Source: Gemmatimonadaceae bacterium (GTDB taxonomy: Bacteria; Gemmatimonadota; Gemmatimonadetes; Gemmatimonadales; Gemmatimonadaceae). Taken from it: a DNA stretch of 27,952 nt. Location of the stretch: contig DASSOX010000216.1 in assembly GCA_035700125.1 (NCBI GenBank), positions 1 through 27,952 of the forward strand. Direction: 5' to 3'. The number at the start of each line of letters is the position of its first letter. Position 1 is the first letter of the stretch. Positions 18,901-27,894 of this stretch are shown piece after piece. Under the pieces are notes generated by a model. That model saw only the letters and a program-made list of their open reading frames with translations, had not been told where the DNA came from and did not search any database. Both the position numbers and the translations under genes were made by a program.

Positions 18901-19105
18901 CTTCGGCGGCGGCTCCGGCTCGCCGAGCTTCGCGAGTCTCAACGGCGAGCTGAGCTCCCTCCTCCGCACGGTAGATGACGCCGACGCGATGCCCACTCGC
19001 CCGACCATCGCTGCCGTCGTGTCCGCGGAGAAAAAGTTGGCGGCGTTGCTGGAGAAATGGAGTGGAGTGAAAGGACAGCAGACAGCAGAGGGCAGGAAGC
19101 AGTGA
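15995..19105 (+). CDS. BNR/Asp-box repeat protein (sortilin/VPS10-like or GH74-like), secreted.
   Basis: At least 10 S-x-D-x-G-x-(T/S)-(W/F) repeats (SDGGETWTHL, STDAGSTWKK, STDSGESWTL, TTNGGTSWTK, THDGGKTWKL and others). Signal peptide IKRNTFIFALALGCAAVTAPAASLRAQ. The GTG at 15995 sits 7 nt after GGAGG; an alternative ATG lies at 15968. Confidence 0.85.
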   Translation: MIKRNTFIFALALGCAAVTAPAASLRAQQYDSTLFGEMRWRMIGPHRGGRTVAAVGIADQPNVFYIGVNNGGVWKTTDYGRVWTPIFDDQPTGSIGAIAIAPSNPKVIYVGSGEGLQRPDLSTGDGMYRSSDGGETWTHLGLREGQQIPAIEVDPRNPDRLFVAVLGHPYGPNEERGIYRSTDGGRSFEKVLYTDENTGGMDVAIDPSNPQTVYAVMWAARQAPWEVGSSWTLSEKNGLYKSTDAGSTWKKMTKGLPGAEDELGRIGISISASHPNIIFAVVGARKGAGVYRSTDSGESWTLVNDDARLWGRDGDFNEVRVDPTDPDVLYVANIMTWKSTDGGKSFAAFRGAPGGDDYHRVWINPRDPKTIILAADQGAIITVNGGATWSSWYNQPTAQLYHVSTDNSFPYWVCGGQQESGSVCIKSRGPYGQITYRQWYPVGVEEYGYVAPDPLDPNIVYGGKVTRFDRRTRQTQNVSPAPARGGDDFRVVRTQPVLFSPVDPHTLYFASNVLWKTTNGGTSWTKISPDLTRKSSAVPANLGVFKELDPERGQHRGVIYTIAPSYLDANVIWTGTDDGLIHVTRDAGKSWSDVTPPALRDEPWSKVSIMDASHFDTRTAYAAVNTFRLDDLKPYIYRTHDGGKTWKLITNGLPDGAIINVVREDPKKKGVLYAGSETQVWVSFDDGERWQSLRLNMPATSIRDLVVHENDLVVGTHGRSFWILDDVSPLRQLSEQTASADAYLFRPATAYRVRWNNYTDTPVPQEEPAGENPPDGAIIDYYLRSAATGPVTLEILDSRGKLVRRYSSDDEPPPPIEDNVPDYWIRPPASIATSAGMHRFVWDVHHAPPAALSFSYPISAIYKNTPRIPTGAWALPGTYTVKLTVNGKSHTRPLTLKMDPNVKAPATAIAEQFALATRITDAMRKDYDALQDVRAFRARLDSLKADGGLPPSLDSLDRIAASLEGRAGRFGGGSGSPSFASLNGELSSLLRTVDDADAMPTRPTIAAVVSAEKKLAALLEKWSGVKGQQTAEGRKQ

Positions 19106-19285
19106 ACTGCGAGAGTTCAGGAGGCAGGGTTCAGGGTTCAGGAGCTGCCTACACGACTGTCATCCCCGCGAAAGCGGGGATCCATGTTCGGCCGGGTAAA
19201 ATGGATTCCCGCTTACGCGGGATTGACGATCGAATGAGCAGTACCTGAACCGTGAACCCTGCCTCCTGAACCCTTGCAGTTCCTG
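19106..19285. repeat. Palindromic intergenic repeat element, copy 4. It has the same architecture as copy 2, with its core at 19159..19228.
   Basis: It fills nearly all of the 200-bp spacer between the convergent BNR gene (stop 19105) and the response-regulator gene (stop 19307). Confidence 0.85.
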
Positions 19286-19306
19286 CTTTCTGCTCCCTGC
19301 TCCCTC

Positions 19307-20686
19307 CTACCTCTTGTACATCTCCCCGCTCATCCCATGCCTCGCCAGCATGCGTTGGAAGACCTGGCGTAGCATGCCGGCTTCCTCGGCGGCCTGGGTG
19401 ATGTTGCCGCCGGCGCGTGTGAGGGCGGATTCCAGATACGCGCGCTCGAAGTCATCCAGCACTTCGCGCTTCAGCTCCTGGAAGGGACGAGAGGCGTCGG
19501 CGAGTGGGGGAGAGGTGGCGCGCCGCTGGACGGAGTGCAGCTCGTCTGCCAGCACGGCGGGCGCGATTTCCGGGCCGCTGCCCACGATGTACGCGCGCTC
19601 GATCGTGTTGCGAAGCTCGCGCACGTTCCCCGGCCAGTCGTGGGTTTCGAGCAGCATCATCGCTTCGGGCGCGATGTCGCGTACTGGCTCGTTGTAACGC
19701 TCGGCAAGCACGCGCGAAAAGTGACTGGCCAGGATCGCTATGTCGCTGCGGCGCTCGCGCAGCGGCGGGAGTTCCACCTGCACCACGTTCAGGCGGTAGT
19801 AGAGATCACCACGAAAGTGGCCGCTCGCGACCTGCTCCTCGAGGTCGGTGTTGGTGGCAGCGAGCACCCGAACGTCAACCGGGATCTCCTTCTCTCCGCC
19901 GATGCGACGCACGCAACGTTGCTCCAGGACGCGCAGCAGCGCCGCCTGTGCACGCGCTCCCATCTCGCTTATCTCGTCCAGAAAGAGCGTGCCACCGTGG
20001 GCGTTCTCGAATACTCCTTCCCTCTGGCTTCTGGCGTCGGTGAATGCGCCGCGCTCGTGGCCGAACAGCTCGTCCATGAGGAGCGACTCGGTCAGCGCGG
20101 CGCAGTTCACGCAGACCATGCGCTTCGTTGCCCGGTCGCTCGCGCGGTGAATCACCTGCGCCGCAACCTCCTTTCCGGTACCCGACTCTCCACGTATCAG
20201 CACCGTGGCCACCGGCGTCCTGGAGATGCGCGCGATGCGTTGCTTCACCTGCGCCATGCGCGGGTGCGCGCCCACCAGTGCGCCGAGCAGCTCCAGCTCT
20301 CCGGGCTCACCGAGCGCGGGGAAGGCCACGCATGCCTCCGCAACCACATCGAGAAGGTCGGGGAAGCCGAATGGCTTGTTCAGGTAGTGGAACGCACCGG
20401 CCTTCACGGCGCGGACTGCATTGTCGTAGCCAGCGTACGCGGTGATCATGATGATCACCGGGTTGCTCGGCAGCGCGCGCAGATCGTGAATGAGGTCGAG
20501 CCCCGACCCGTCGGGGAGGTTCTGATCGAGGAGGATTATCTGCGGAAGATTCTGTCGAGCGAGTGCGAGCCCGGCTCGCGCCGTGGCCGCCTGCGTCACG
20601 CCGTAGCCCTCGACTTCCAGCGCCTCGGCCAGGAATTCGCGGAAATTGCGCTCGTCGTCGATGATCAGGAAGCGTGGTCTTCGCAT
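19307..20686 (-). CDS. Sigma54-dependent response regulator (NtrC family: REC domain, AAA+ domain, Fis-type HTH).
   Basis: REC domain (LIIDDE..D..LPDGSG), Walker A GESGTGKE, a GAFTDA variant of the GAFTGA loop, and a C-terminal HTH. Confidence 0.9.
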   Translation of the reverse strand: MRRPRFLIIDDERNFREFLAEALEVEGYGVTQAATARAGLALARQNLPQIILLDQNLPDGSGLDLIHDLRALPSNPVIIMITAYAGYDNAVRAVKAGAFHYLNKPFGFPDLLDVVAEACVAFPALGEPGELELLGALVGAHPRMAQVKQRIARISRTPVATVLIRGESGTGKEVAAQVIHRASDRATKRMVCVNCAALTESLLMDELFGHERGAFTDARSQREGVFENAHGGTLFLDEISEMGARAQAALLRVLEQRCVRRIGGEKEIPVDVRVLAATNTDLEEQVASGHFRGDLYYRLNVVQVELPPLRERRSDIAILASHFSRVLAERYNEPVRDIAPEAMMLLETHDWPGNVRELRNTIERAYIVGSGPEIAPAVLADELHSVQRRATSPPLADASRPFQELKREVLDDFERAYLESALTRAGGNITQAAEEAGMLRQVFQRMLARHGMSGEMYKR

Positions 20687-20751
20687 GACTCTGCTCTCTC
20701 GTCCGAAGCGTGGTGTATGAAAGCGGTGGGCGGGTAAGTCGGCACGGCGGC

Positions 20752-23140
20752 TCAGGCAACCGTCTTCGTGTCCATGTACGCGCGAGGGAGTACGATGCGC
20801 AGGGATGTGCCAATGGATGCGCCGCTCTCGACATCGATGTGGCCGCCCAATCGCTCGGTTTCGCGCCGCGCCAGAGCGAGGCCGATACCGCTGCCACCGG
20901 GTTTGGTTGAGAAGTTCAACTGGAAGATCCGATCTCGCAGCTCAGGCGGAATCCCCGGTCCCGTATCGGCGACGCTGATCTCCACCAGCGAAGTGGAGAG
21001 TTCCAGCTCCACGTGGATTGCTCCGCCATCCGGTATGCTGTCTATGGCGTTGGTGAGGATGTTGGAAACGACGAGGCGGACCTGACCGGGGAGGCCGAGC
21101 ACGGATGCCGATTCGTGCGCGTATCGCTCGGTGAGCCGGGCACCACGATCCTCCGCCAGCGGCCGCAGCTCCGCGACGCAGTTGCTGACGATGGGCCGGA
21201 CGTCCACGAGCCCGGGACGCTCGACCGGTTCGTGGTTGGTGTAGCGCAGGAGGCCGCAGACGATATCGTCTATTCGTCGGACGTCGCGTCGGATGCGTGA
21301 GAGCTTGCTTCCATCAGCGCCCTGGCGCTCGAGCAGGTAGAGGCCCATCTGCAGGCTGGCGAGCGGATTCTTGATTTCATGGGCCAGGCCACTGGCCAGA
21401 ACACCGAGCGACGCGATCCGTTCCGATTCGGCGAGCTCCTCGCGCGCGCGACGCAGGATGAGATACGACCGAGCGCTCGCGAGCGCGTTCGCCACGCCCT
21501 GGCTCACGATTCTGTGCAGACCGTCGGCGGCGGTGTCGAAGTCGCGGCCGTCGAGGCGGCGCCCCATGCGGAGGGCGCCAACCAATGTGTTTTCGGCGTC
21601 GCGCACCGCTATCACTATATCGTCGCCGTTGGGGCGGTGGCTGCCGGCCAGCGCGACGCCGATCTCCGCGCGACTCATGGTCGTGACACCAACCATCGGG
21701 ATCGAAGCATCTCTACCCAGCCACTCCTCCGCCGCTTCCTTCGCCAGCACCAGCTCCGCCGAGGCAACGGCGAGCACGGAGGGCAGCTCGCGGGCAACGT
21801 TCGCTGCAATGCGCTCGAGCTCCAACTCGCGGCCCACGCGCTCTACGAAAATGTTGGCAACCCCTTCGCGCTCGATCCAGTCAGCGAGAAGTCGTCTGTC
21901 CACCAGCTCGCGTACACGCTGCAGGACCGGCGAGAGGGCGAGGGTCGTCATGATTATCGCCACGAAAAGGAGCCACTCGACGCCGCCAAGTCGCTGGTTG
22001 GTCATGTGCAATACCGCACCACTGACGCCCACGAGGGCCAGGCCGTAGACCCAGGTGACCACCATCCAGCTCGCGCTGTTGACCCACCGCTGCGAGTCCC
22101 ATACGCCGTCAGTGGTGCGCGGGACGAAGAAGTGAAATGTGGTGAGAGTGGGGAGGAGGAGGAGCGCCAGAGAATCGATCTCTGACATCGCCTCCGTTCC
22201 TATCCACCAGGGGGCATAGCTGCCGAGCAGAATCTGGCCGATCGTGGTCAGCGCGACGAGCATGATGGCGCCGCCAAGCCAGCGTATGGAGAAGGAGAAC
22301 GCCTTGCCGTGATGATAGATCCGCCCGGCCACGACTATCACTGCGAGGCATATCGCGACCGCCGTCCCCGCGCGCACGTGCTGGCTCGTGCCGCCATGCG
22401 ACCAGCCGAGCAGGTCGTGCGGGTTGCCGCTCGAAACCACGAAGATCCCCGCGAGCGCCGCGTAGATGACCAGCCACGCGATCGGCGAGCGCAGCGCTGC
22501 CGGCCAGCGGCCCTGCACTGCCGAGAAATGGAGGAGGAGGGCGGGGAAGAAGATCGCGTAGCTGGCGCCCGCAACCTGCCACGGAATTCTGAGCCCGGTG
22601 GCGAGCAGGTGGTCGCCTGGGATGCCGCTGGGGAAGAAGCTCGGTGGTAGAAGGAGAAGCGCCCCAGCGAGAAGTAGAGCGCCTCTCCGATTCCCGCGCC
22701 AGACGATGAGCGCGATACCAGCGAGCCAGGCGACCAGAGAGAGAATCACCACATAGCTGAGGAACCCGAGGTAGCTGGGCGAGCTCTCGCTCACCGGGAC
22801 GCGGACGAGTCGCTGCTCCGTTCCGCGGCGGATCAGGAGGTCGAGAGTGTCGCCCGGTGTGGCCTTCTCGCGCGCTGTCGCGAGTGCGGCCGAGTCGGCG
22901 CTCGTACCGTCGATGCCGAGGAGATGATCGCCCGGAAGGAGGCCGGCCGCTCGCGCGCGACGCAGGGTGCGCGTGACGATCTGCTCGTTTGCGCCGGCGG
23001 CGGCCGGCTTGGCCGACCAGCCGAACGACTTGTCTCCTCCCAGCGACGGTACCGAGAAGGGGACATTCAGGAGCGCGAGAAGGCCGAGCAGCAGTAGCGC
23101 GCCGCGAGCGATCGGCCGTGGGGAACGCTGGTCAGGCACG
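20752..23140 (-). CDS. Sensor histidine kinase with a periplasmic PDZ-like domain, a polytopic (~8 TM) membrane domain, HisKA and HATPase_c.
   Basis: H-box LAHEIKNPL, N/G-boxes (NILTNAIDS, DTGPGI, GSGIGL), and a PDZ-like segment (AGLLPGDHLLGIDGT..GDTLDLLIRRGTEQRLVRVPV). The maximal ORF reaches 23274, but its first ~45 aa are Arg-rich; a GTG at 23140 gives a plausible start. The true start is uncertain. Confidence 0.85.
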
Positions 23141-23270
23141 GGGCAGAGCAGAGACGCTCGTGTGAAAAGTCTGGAGTGCCAACATAACGAACGCTGCTCG
23201 CTTGGCAACAGTAGGAGGCGCGATGTTCGTGGAACGAATACTCGGCGACAGCGATCGCCGCGCGGAGCGT

Positions 23271-23317
23271 GCATCGCGGATGCTGCGCGCGGCGCATCTG
23301 CGGGATTGCGAAGATGC
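23271..23317. promoter_or_regulatory. Two adjacent palindromes, GCATC-gcg-GATGC (23271-23283) and GCATCT-N12-AGATGC (23294-23317). Candidate enhancer (UAS) for the NtrC-like regulator.
   Basis: Inverted repeats read from the sequence. They lie ~110-160 bp upstream of the -24/-12 box at 23429. Confidence 0.3.
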
Positions 23318-23428
23318 GTGGGCCGGGCCGCCGCGCGCTGCCGCCGTGCGTGGGAGCGAGTCGCCTAATGCACGGCGCCATTTCGAGTTGTACCGAGGCG
23401 AGAGCGCGGGAAGGATCGCGCTCTCATC

Positions 23429-23443
23429 TGGCATGCAAGGTGC
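23429..23443 (+). promoter_or_regulatory. Candidate sigma54 -24/-12 promoter TGGCAT-N5-GTGCC, 53 nt upstream of the susC-like start.
   Basis: The GG and GC positions are separated by 10 nt, as in TGGCAC-N5-TTGCW. A sigma54 activator gene is adjacent. Leader length and UAS distance are appropriate. Confidence 0.35.
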
Positions 23444-23495
23444 CTTCGGCAGCGCTCGCTCACGTGCACTACCGTACTGCGTCACGGAGGTCGCA

Positions 23496-26400
23496 ATGCC
23501 CGAACGAAAGTTCAGACGAGCAGCGAGGCTATTGGTAATCCCGCTTCTACTCCCGTTTCTCGCGGCGATGGGCGCGGTGAGCGCCAGTGCCCAGGGTGGA
23601 ACCGTCGCCGGCACGATTACCGATGCCGCCACCAGCCAGCCCCTCGTTGCTGCTCAAGTGTTCATCACCGGCACCGCACTCGGCACGACCACGGGCGCGG
23701 ACGGGAGGTACTCGATAAGCGGTGTGCAGCCTGGCAACGTCGAGGTGAGCGTGCGGCGCATCGGCTACGGCTCCACGTCGAGCCAGGTGACGGTCGTCGC
23801 GGGCCAGACGGTCACGGCGGACTTCGCGCTCAACAGCGCTGCCGTCTCGCTCAGTGAGATAGTGGTGACGGCCACCGGTGAACAGCGCAAGCGGGAGATC
23901 GGCAACGCCGTGAGCACCATCGATGCTTCGAAACAGACGGAGCTCAAGGCGCCCACCAACATTGCGACGCTGATCCAGGGGAATGCCACCGGTGTGGACA
24001 TCACCAGCGCGAGCGGCACTGTGGGAAACGCGGCGAACATCAAGATCCGCGGTAACACCAGCATCAACCTGGACAACACACCGATCGTATACGTGGACGG
24101 CGCGCGCATCAACACGGACGCGCGCAGCCGCGGCGTTGGTGGTGCGATGTCCGACAGAATGCTCGACATCGATCCGAGCAACATCGCCTCGATCGAGATC
24201 GTGAAGGGGCCCGCGGCCGCCACCCTGTACGGGACGGAGGCAGCTGCCGGCGTGATCCGCATCACCACGAAGAACGGGAGCGGCGACGGAGGCGCACAGT
24301 TCTCCGCACACGGCGAGTACGGAATCTCCTGGGATCCCAACGACTACTCCGTCCGCGCCTGGAACCCGCACGTGGATCTCGGTGAGGAATACAAGGACAC
24401 TACCTACTACATCGACAACCTGAAGGGCTCCGCCGATATCCCCGACAAGGATCTCTACTACGACCCCTTCCGCAACGGCCCCATAGGGAAGCTGGGGATT
24501 TCCCTTCGCGGCGGGAGTGACAAGGTCAACTACTTCACTTCCTTCGACTGGAAGGACCAGAAGGGCGTGTTCGTGACGAACGGCGAGCGTGCGTACAACC
24601 TTCGCGGAAATTTCACGCTCAAGCCGCGTGAGAACGTCACCATCGCCATCTCCAACGGCTACACCACGAGCTCGACCGCGTACAACTACAACGACGGAGA
24701 GAGCTGGGGCTACATCGGCGCCGTCACACTCGGCCAGCCGATGTGGACGCCGATCATGGCAGTGGACCCCAACGCCGGCGGAGCCGCGATGGAGACCTGC
24801 CCGCGCGCGCTGGAGGAAGCACGGATCACGAACGAGAGTCTCGCCGACGTCACCGCGGCGATGTGCAACTACGATCGCACCTTCCAGGGCAGCAACAACT
24901 TCGCCCGCCTCGAGACGATGGACAACCAGGTGAAGCTCGAGCGTTACACGGGATCGGCCACGGTTACGCACACCGAGGGGAGCGTCTGGACCAACCGGCT
25001 CACGGTCGGTTACGACGCGTACTCCGAGTACGGATGGAACATGATCCCCAACGTCCCACTCAAGGTCCTGGACAGCGACCCCTCCCGCAGCGTGAGCGAC
25101 ATCCAGAATCGCACCGTGACCATCGAAGCCACCACGGCACTCAACTTCAACCTCACCGACAAGCTGGTTTCGCAGACCACCTTCGGTGGGCAGTACTACA
25201 CCAAACAGCTACGCGGCGCGTTGCCCAGTGCTACCGGCTTCCCTCCAGGTGCCTACACGGTGGGGAACGGCGCCGCCACGGAAGGCGACGAGGCATTCAA
25301 CGAAGTTCGCACCATGGGTGTGTTCGTGCAGGAGCAGCTCTCCTTCGCTGATCGCCTGTACATCACTCCCGCCGTTCGCTTCGATCGCAACAGCGCTTTC
25401 GGCGACAACCTCGGCTCGGTGGCCTACCCCAAGATCGCGGCTTCATGGGTGATGAGCGAGGAACCCTGGTTCCCGAAGCTCCCCGTGGATGAGTTCCGCC
25501 TTCGCGGCGCGTGGGGGACTTCGGGCAAGCAGCCAGGGTCGTTCGACGCGACAACGCTGCTGCGAGTCACGGCGGTGACGCTCCCCGATGGCTCCGCTGC
25601 ATCCGGTTTCAGCACGCTGCGACAGGGGAACCCGGAGCTCAAGCCGGAGCGTGGGCAGGAGCTCGAGCTGGGCTTCGATGCTTCGCTCTTCGAGCACCGG
25701 ATCGGTCTCGAGTTCACCTACTTCGACAAACTCACCAAGGATGCACTGGTACTGCGCCCCCTCCCGCCATCGAACGGATTCCCGCAGGGGATCTGGGACA
25801 ACGTTGGTGGAGTGAAGAACCAGGGCTTCGAGGCAGCGGTGGACGCGACGCTGCTCCGCGGAGAGAGCACGACCTGGTCGGTGCGACTGGCCGCTACTCA
25901 CGTGACGAGCATGATCACCGAGCTCGCAGCGCCCATTCCGGTGGGCGGCCGCGGTCTACAGGAGCACCGCGAAGGGTACGCCTTCGGCGCGTATTTCATG
26001 CGTCCGGTAAGCATCGATGGCAGCGACCAGGTAGTCGTGGCGGAGGATCCCGTGTACGTGGGACAGCCGACTCCCACCTACACCGGTTCACTGTCGTCCA
26101 CGGTCTCGCTGCTCGGCAACCGTCTCACGCTCTACGGTCAGCTCGGCATGTCGGCTGGCAACAAACAGGTGAACTACACGGAGGTGTACCAGTGCCGCCA
26201 GTCGTTCGGAACGTGCGCGGCCAAGTACGAGCGCGACGCGAACGGCAACCCGACGCGGGAGGCGCGCCTCAAGGCCGACCCGGCCGCGAACTTCGAGCCG
26301 TACATGTTCCTCTACGATGGCGGCTTCGTGAAACTGCGTTCGCTCTCCGCGCAGTATGCGCTCCCGGATCGCTGGGCGGGCCGGCTCGGCGCGCAGCGGG

Positions 26401-26561
26401 TGAGCCTGAGCGTCACCGGAACCAACCTCGCCACCTGGACCGACTATCCCGGCCCCGATCCGGAGGTCAACAGCCAGGGACGGCAGAACGCATCGCAGCG
26501 AGACTTCTTCAGCGCCGGGCAGACGCGCGCCGTCTCCTTCGGACTAATCCTCAACTACTGA
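23496..26561 (+). CDS. SusC/RagA-type TonB-dependent outer-membrane receptor with an N-terminal carboxypeptidase-regulatory-like domain.
   Basis: 1021 aa from an ATG preceded by GGAGG (5-nt spacing). Signal peptide, a CarbopepD_reg-like domain (GTITDAATSQPLVAAQVFITGT..GRYSISGV), a plug (IVVTATG..IEIVKGPAAATLYG) and a long beta-barrel. The maximal ORF from 23202 was trimmed. Confidence 0.9.
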   Translation: MPERKFRRAARLLVIPLLLPFLAAMGAVSASAQGGTVAGTITDAATSQPLVAAQVFITGTALGTTTGADGRYSISGVQPGNVEVSVRRIGYGSTSSQVTVVAGQTVTADFALNSAAVSLSEIVVTATGEQRKREIGNAVSTIDASKQTELKAPTNIATLIQGNATGVDITSASGTVGNAANIKIRGNTSINLDNTPIVYVDGARINTDARSRGVGGAMSDRMLDIDPSNIASIEIVKGPAAATLYGTEAAAGVIRITTKNGSGDGGAQFSAHGEYGISWDPNDYSVRAWNPHVDLGEEYKDTTYYIDNLKGSADIPDKDLYYDPFRNGPIGKLGISLRGGSDKVNYFTSFDWKDQKGVFVTNGERAYNLRGNFTLKPRENVTIAISNGYTTSSTAYNYNDGESWGYIGAVTLGQPMWTPIMAVDPNAGGAAMETCPRALEEARITNESLADVTAAMCNYDRTFQGSNNFARLETMDNQVKLERYTGSATVTHTEGSVWTNRLTVGYDAYSEYGWNMIPNVPLKVLDSDPSRSVSDIQNRTVTIEATTALNFNLTDKLVSQTTFGGQYYTKQLRGALPSATGFPPGAYTVGNGAATEGDEAFNEVRTMGVFVQEQLSFADRLYITPAVRFDRNSAFGDNLGSVAYPKIAASWVMSEEPWFPKLPVDEFRLRGAWGTSGKQPGSFDATTLLRVTAVTLPDGSAASGFSTLRQGNPELKPERGQELELGFDASLFEHRIGLEFTYFDKLTKDALVLRPLPPSNGFPQGIWDNVGGVKNQGFEAAVDATLLRGESTTWSVRLAATHVTSMITELAAPIPVGGRGLQEHREGYAFGAYFMRPVSIDGSDQVVVAEDPVYVGQPTPTYTGSLSSTVSLLGNRLTLYGQLGMSAGNKQVNYTEVYQCRQSFGTCAAKYERDANGNPTREARLKADPAANFEPYMFLYDGGFVKLRSLSAQYALPDRWAGRLGAQRVSLSVTGTNLATWTDYPGPDPEVNSQGRQNASQRDFFSAGQTRAVSFGLILNY

Positions 26562-26568
26562 GCACCCA

Positions 26569-27894
26569 GTGATGACATACATGGAATCCGGCGGTGCCAC
26601 CCTGCTCGGCAGAGTGAAAGTTGCGGCACCTGCTCTCTCGCGCACGATCCGGCGCTCCTGGCGTTCGCTGTTCGTAGCGCTCGGCCTCGTGGCCACCGTC
26701 GCCTGCAACGACATGCTGCGGGTGGACGATCCCGTCAATCTCACCCCCGACGACCTTAAGGAGGGTTCGGTAGCTCTCACCGTGAACGGCGTGCGCGGCG
26801 CGTTCCAATCGATGTTCGATTACTACGTGATGCACACCGCAATCCTCACGGACGAGATGATCCTCGCGGGCACATTCCCGTACAGAGCCGAGATGGATGC
26901 GCGCAGCATCACCTCCAATAACGAGGGCCTGCTGGGCGATCTTTACACCCCTCTCTCGACAGCGCGCTTCATGGCCGATACAGCCGTTGCCATTCTCGAC
27001 GCGGCAGCCGGCACGGGCGACGAGACGGAGCGGCTGAAGGGTTTGGCGCTCTCGAAGTACTACGCAGCCTACACACGCATGCTCCTGGCCGAGGCGTTCT
27101 GCAAGAGCGCGATCAACGGCGGCCAGGGGTTGACGTCCGACGAGCGCATGGCCGACGCGCTCACGGCGTTCCAGGATGCCGGCACCGCCGCGCAGGCGGC
27201 GGGCGATGCGGAGTTGCTCGCAGCATCGAAGCTCGGTGAGGCAAGAGCGAATCTGTGGCTCGGCCAGTACCCTGCTGCGGCCGCGGCGGCAGCCGAGGTG
27301 CCCAACAGTCTTTCGCTCAAGGCGTACTACTCCACCTCGAGCGTGGCACAGAAGAACAAGATCACGCGCCTCACCTACGCGATCGACGAAGCGCGCCGCT
27401 TCACGGTTGGCGACGGCTCGCTCGATTTCACCGGTCACGAGGCGTGGGCGTACCTCGCGGAATGGGAAGCGCTCGGCCTGCTGGAGGAGCGTCCCGACCT
27501 CACGTCGTTCAACGCGGCGGTGCCGGTGGTGCTGCAGCTCAAGTATCCAACTGCCGACACGCCGATCGTGATGGCCTCGGGTGAGGAAGCCCGTCTGATC
27601 GAGGCGGAGGTGAAGCTGCGCGGCAGCGATCCTGGTGGCGCAGCCGCGGTAGTGGACAGCCTGCGCAGCACGAACTGGGGACTGGGCGCGATCACCTTCT
27701 CCGGCAACCTCACCACCGATCTCCCGGTGATGGCACGCGAGCGGGCGAGGGAGCTCTGGCTCACGGGCGAGCGGCTGCCGACGTTGCGCCGGTATCTGAA
27801 GGACGGGGTGGATCTCTTCCCGGGTGGAAAGCAGGGTAGCGATACCTGCTTCCCGGTACCGCAGAGAGAGTTGGATACGAATCCGAACTTCTGA
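26569..27894 (+). CDS. SusD/RagB-family outer-membrane lipoprotein.
   Basis: Begins 8 nt after the susC-like stop. Lipobox LVATVAC, helical TPR-like composition, and typical SusD pairing with a SusC-like receptor. The exact start (GTG 26569, ATG 26572 or 26581) is uncertain. Confidence 0.8.
   Translation: MMTYMESGGATLLGRVKVAAPALSRTIRRSWRSLFVALGLVATVACNDMLRVDDPVNLTPDDLKEGSVALTVNGVRGAFQSMFDYYVMHTAILTDEMILAGTFPYRAEMDARSITSNNEGLLGDLYTPLSTARFMADTAVAILDAAAGTGDETERLKGLALSKYYAAYTRMLLAEAFCKSAINGGQGLTSDERMADALTAFQDAGTAAQAAGDAELLAASKLGEARANLWLGQYPAAAAAAAEVPNSLSLKAYYSTSSVAQKNKITRLTYAIDEARRFTVGDGSLDFTGHEAWAYLAEWEALGLLEERPDLTSFNAAVPVVLQLKYPTADTPIVMASGEEARLIEAEVKLRGSDPGGAAAVVDSLRSTNWGLGAITFSGNLTTDLPVMARERARELWLTGERLPTLRRYLKDGVDLFPGGKQGSDTCFPVPQRELDTNPNF

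Noticed and set aside
19106-19285. Interpretation of the repeat copies as classical Rho-independent terminators.
   Set aside because: The hairpins are not followed by a T-tract on either strand (at most 3 T). They may still influence transcript ends, but that cannot be called from sequence.
23202-23495. N-terminal 98-aa extension of the TonB-receptor ORF, and the overlapping 89-aa ORF 23269..23538.
   Set aside because: The extension is Arg/Ala-rich and lies in the divergent regulatory region. The ATG at 23496 has a GGAGG RBS and is followed by a proper signal peptide.
23547-24971. 474-aa minus-strand ORF, together with the 353-aa ORF at 25511..26572 and the 295-aa ORF at 26551..27438.
   Set aside because: They are antisense or out of frame relative to the SusC-like and SusD-like genes. 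Composition is not protein-like.
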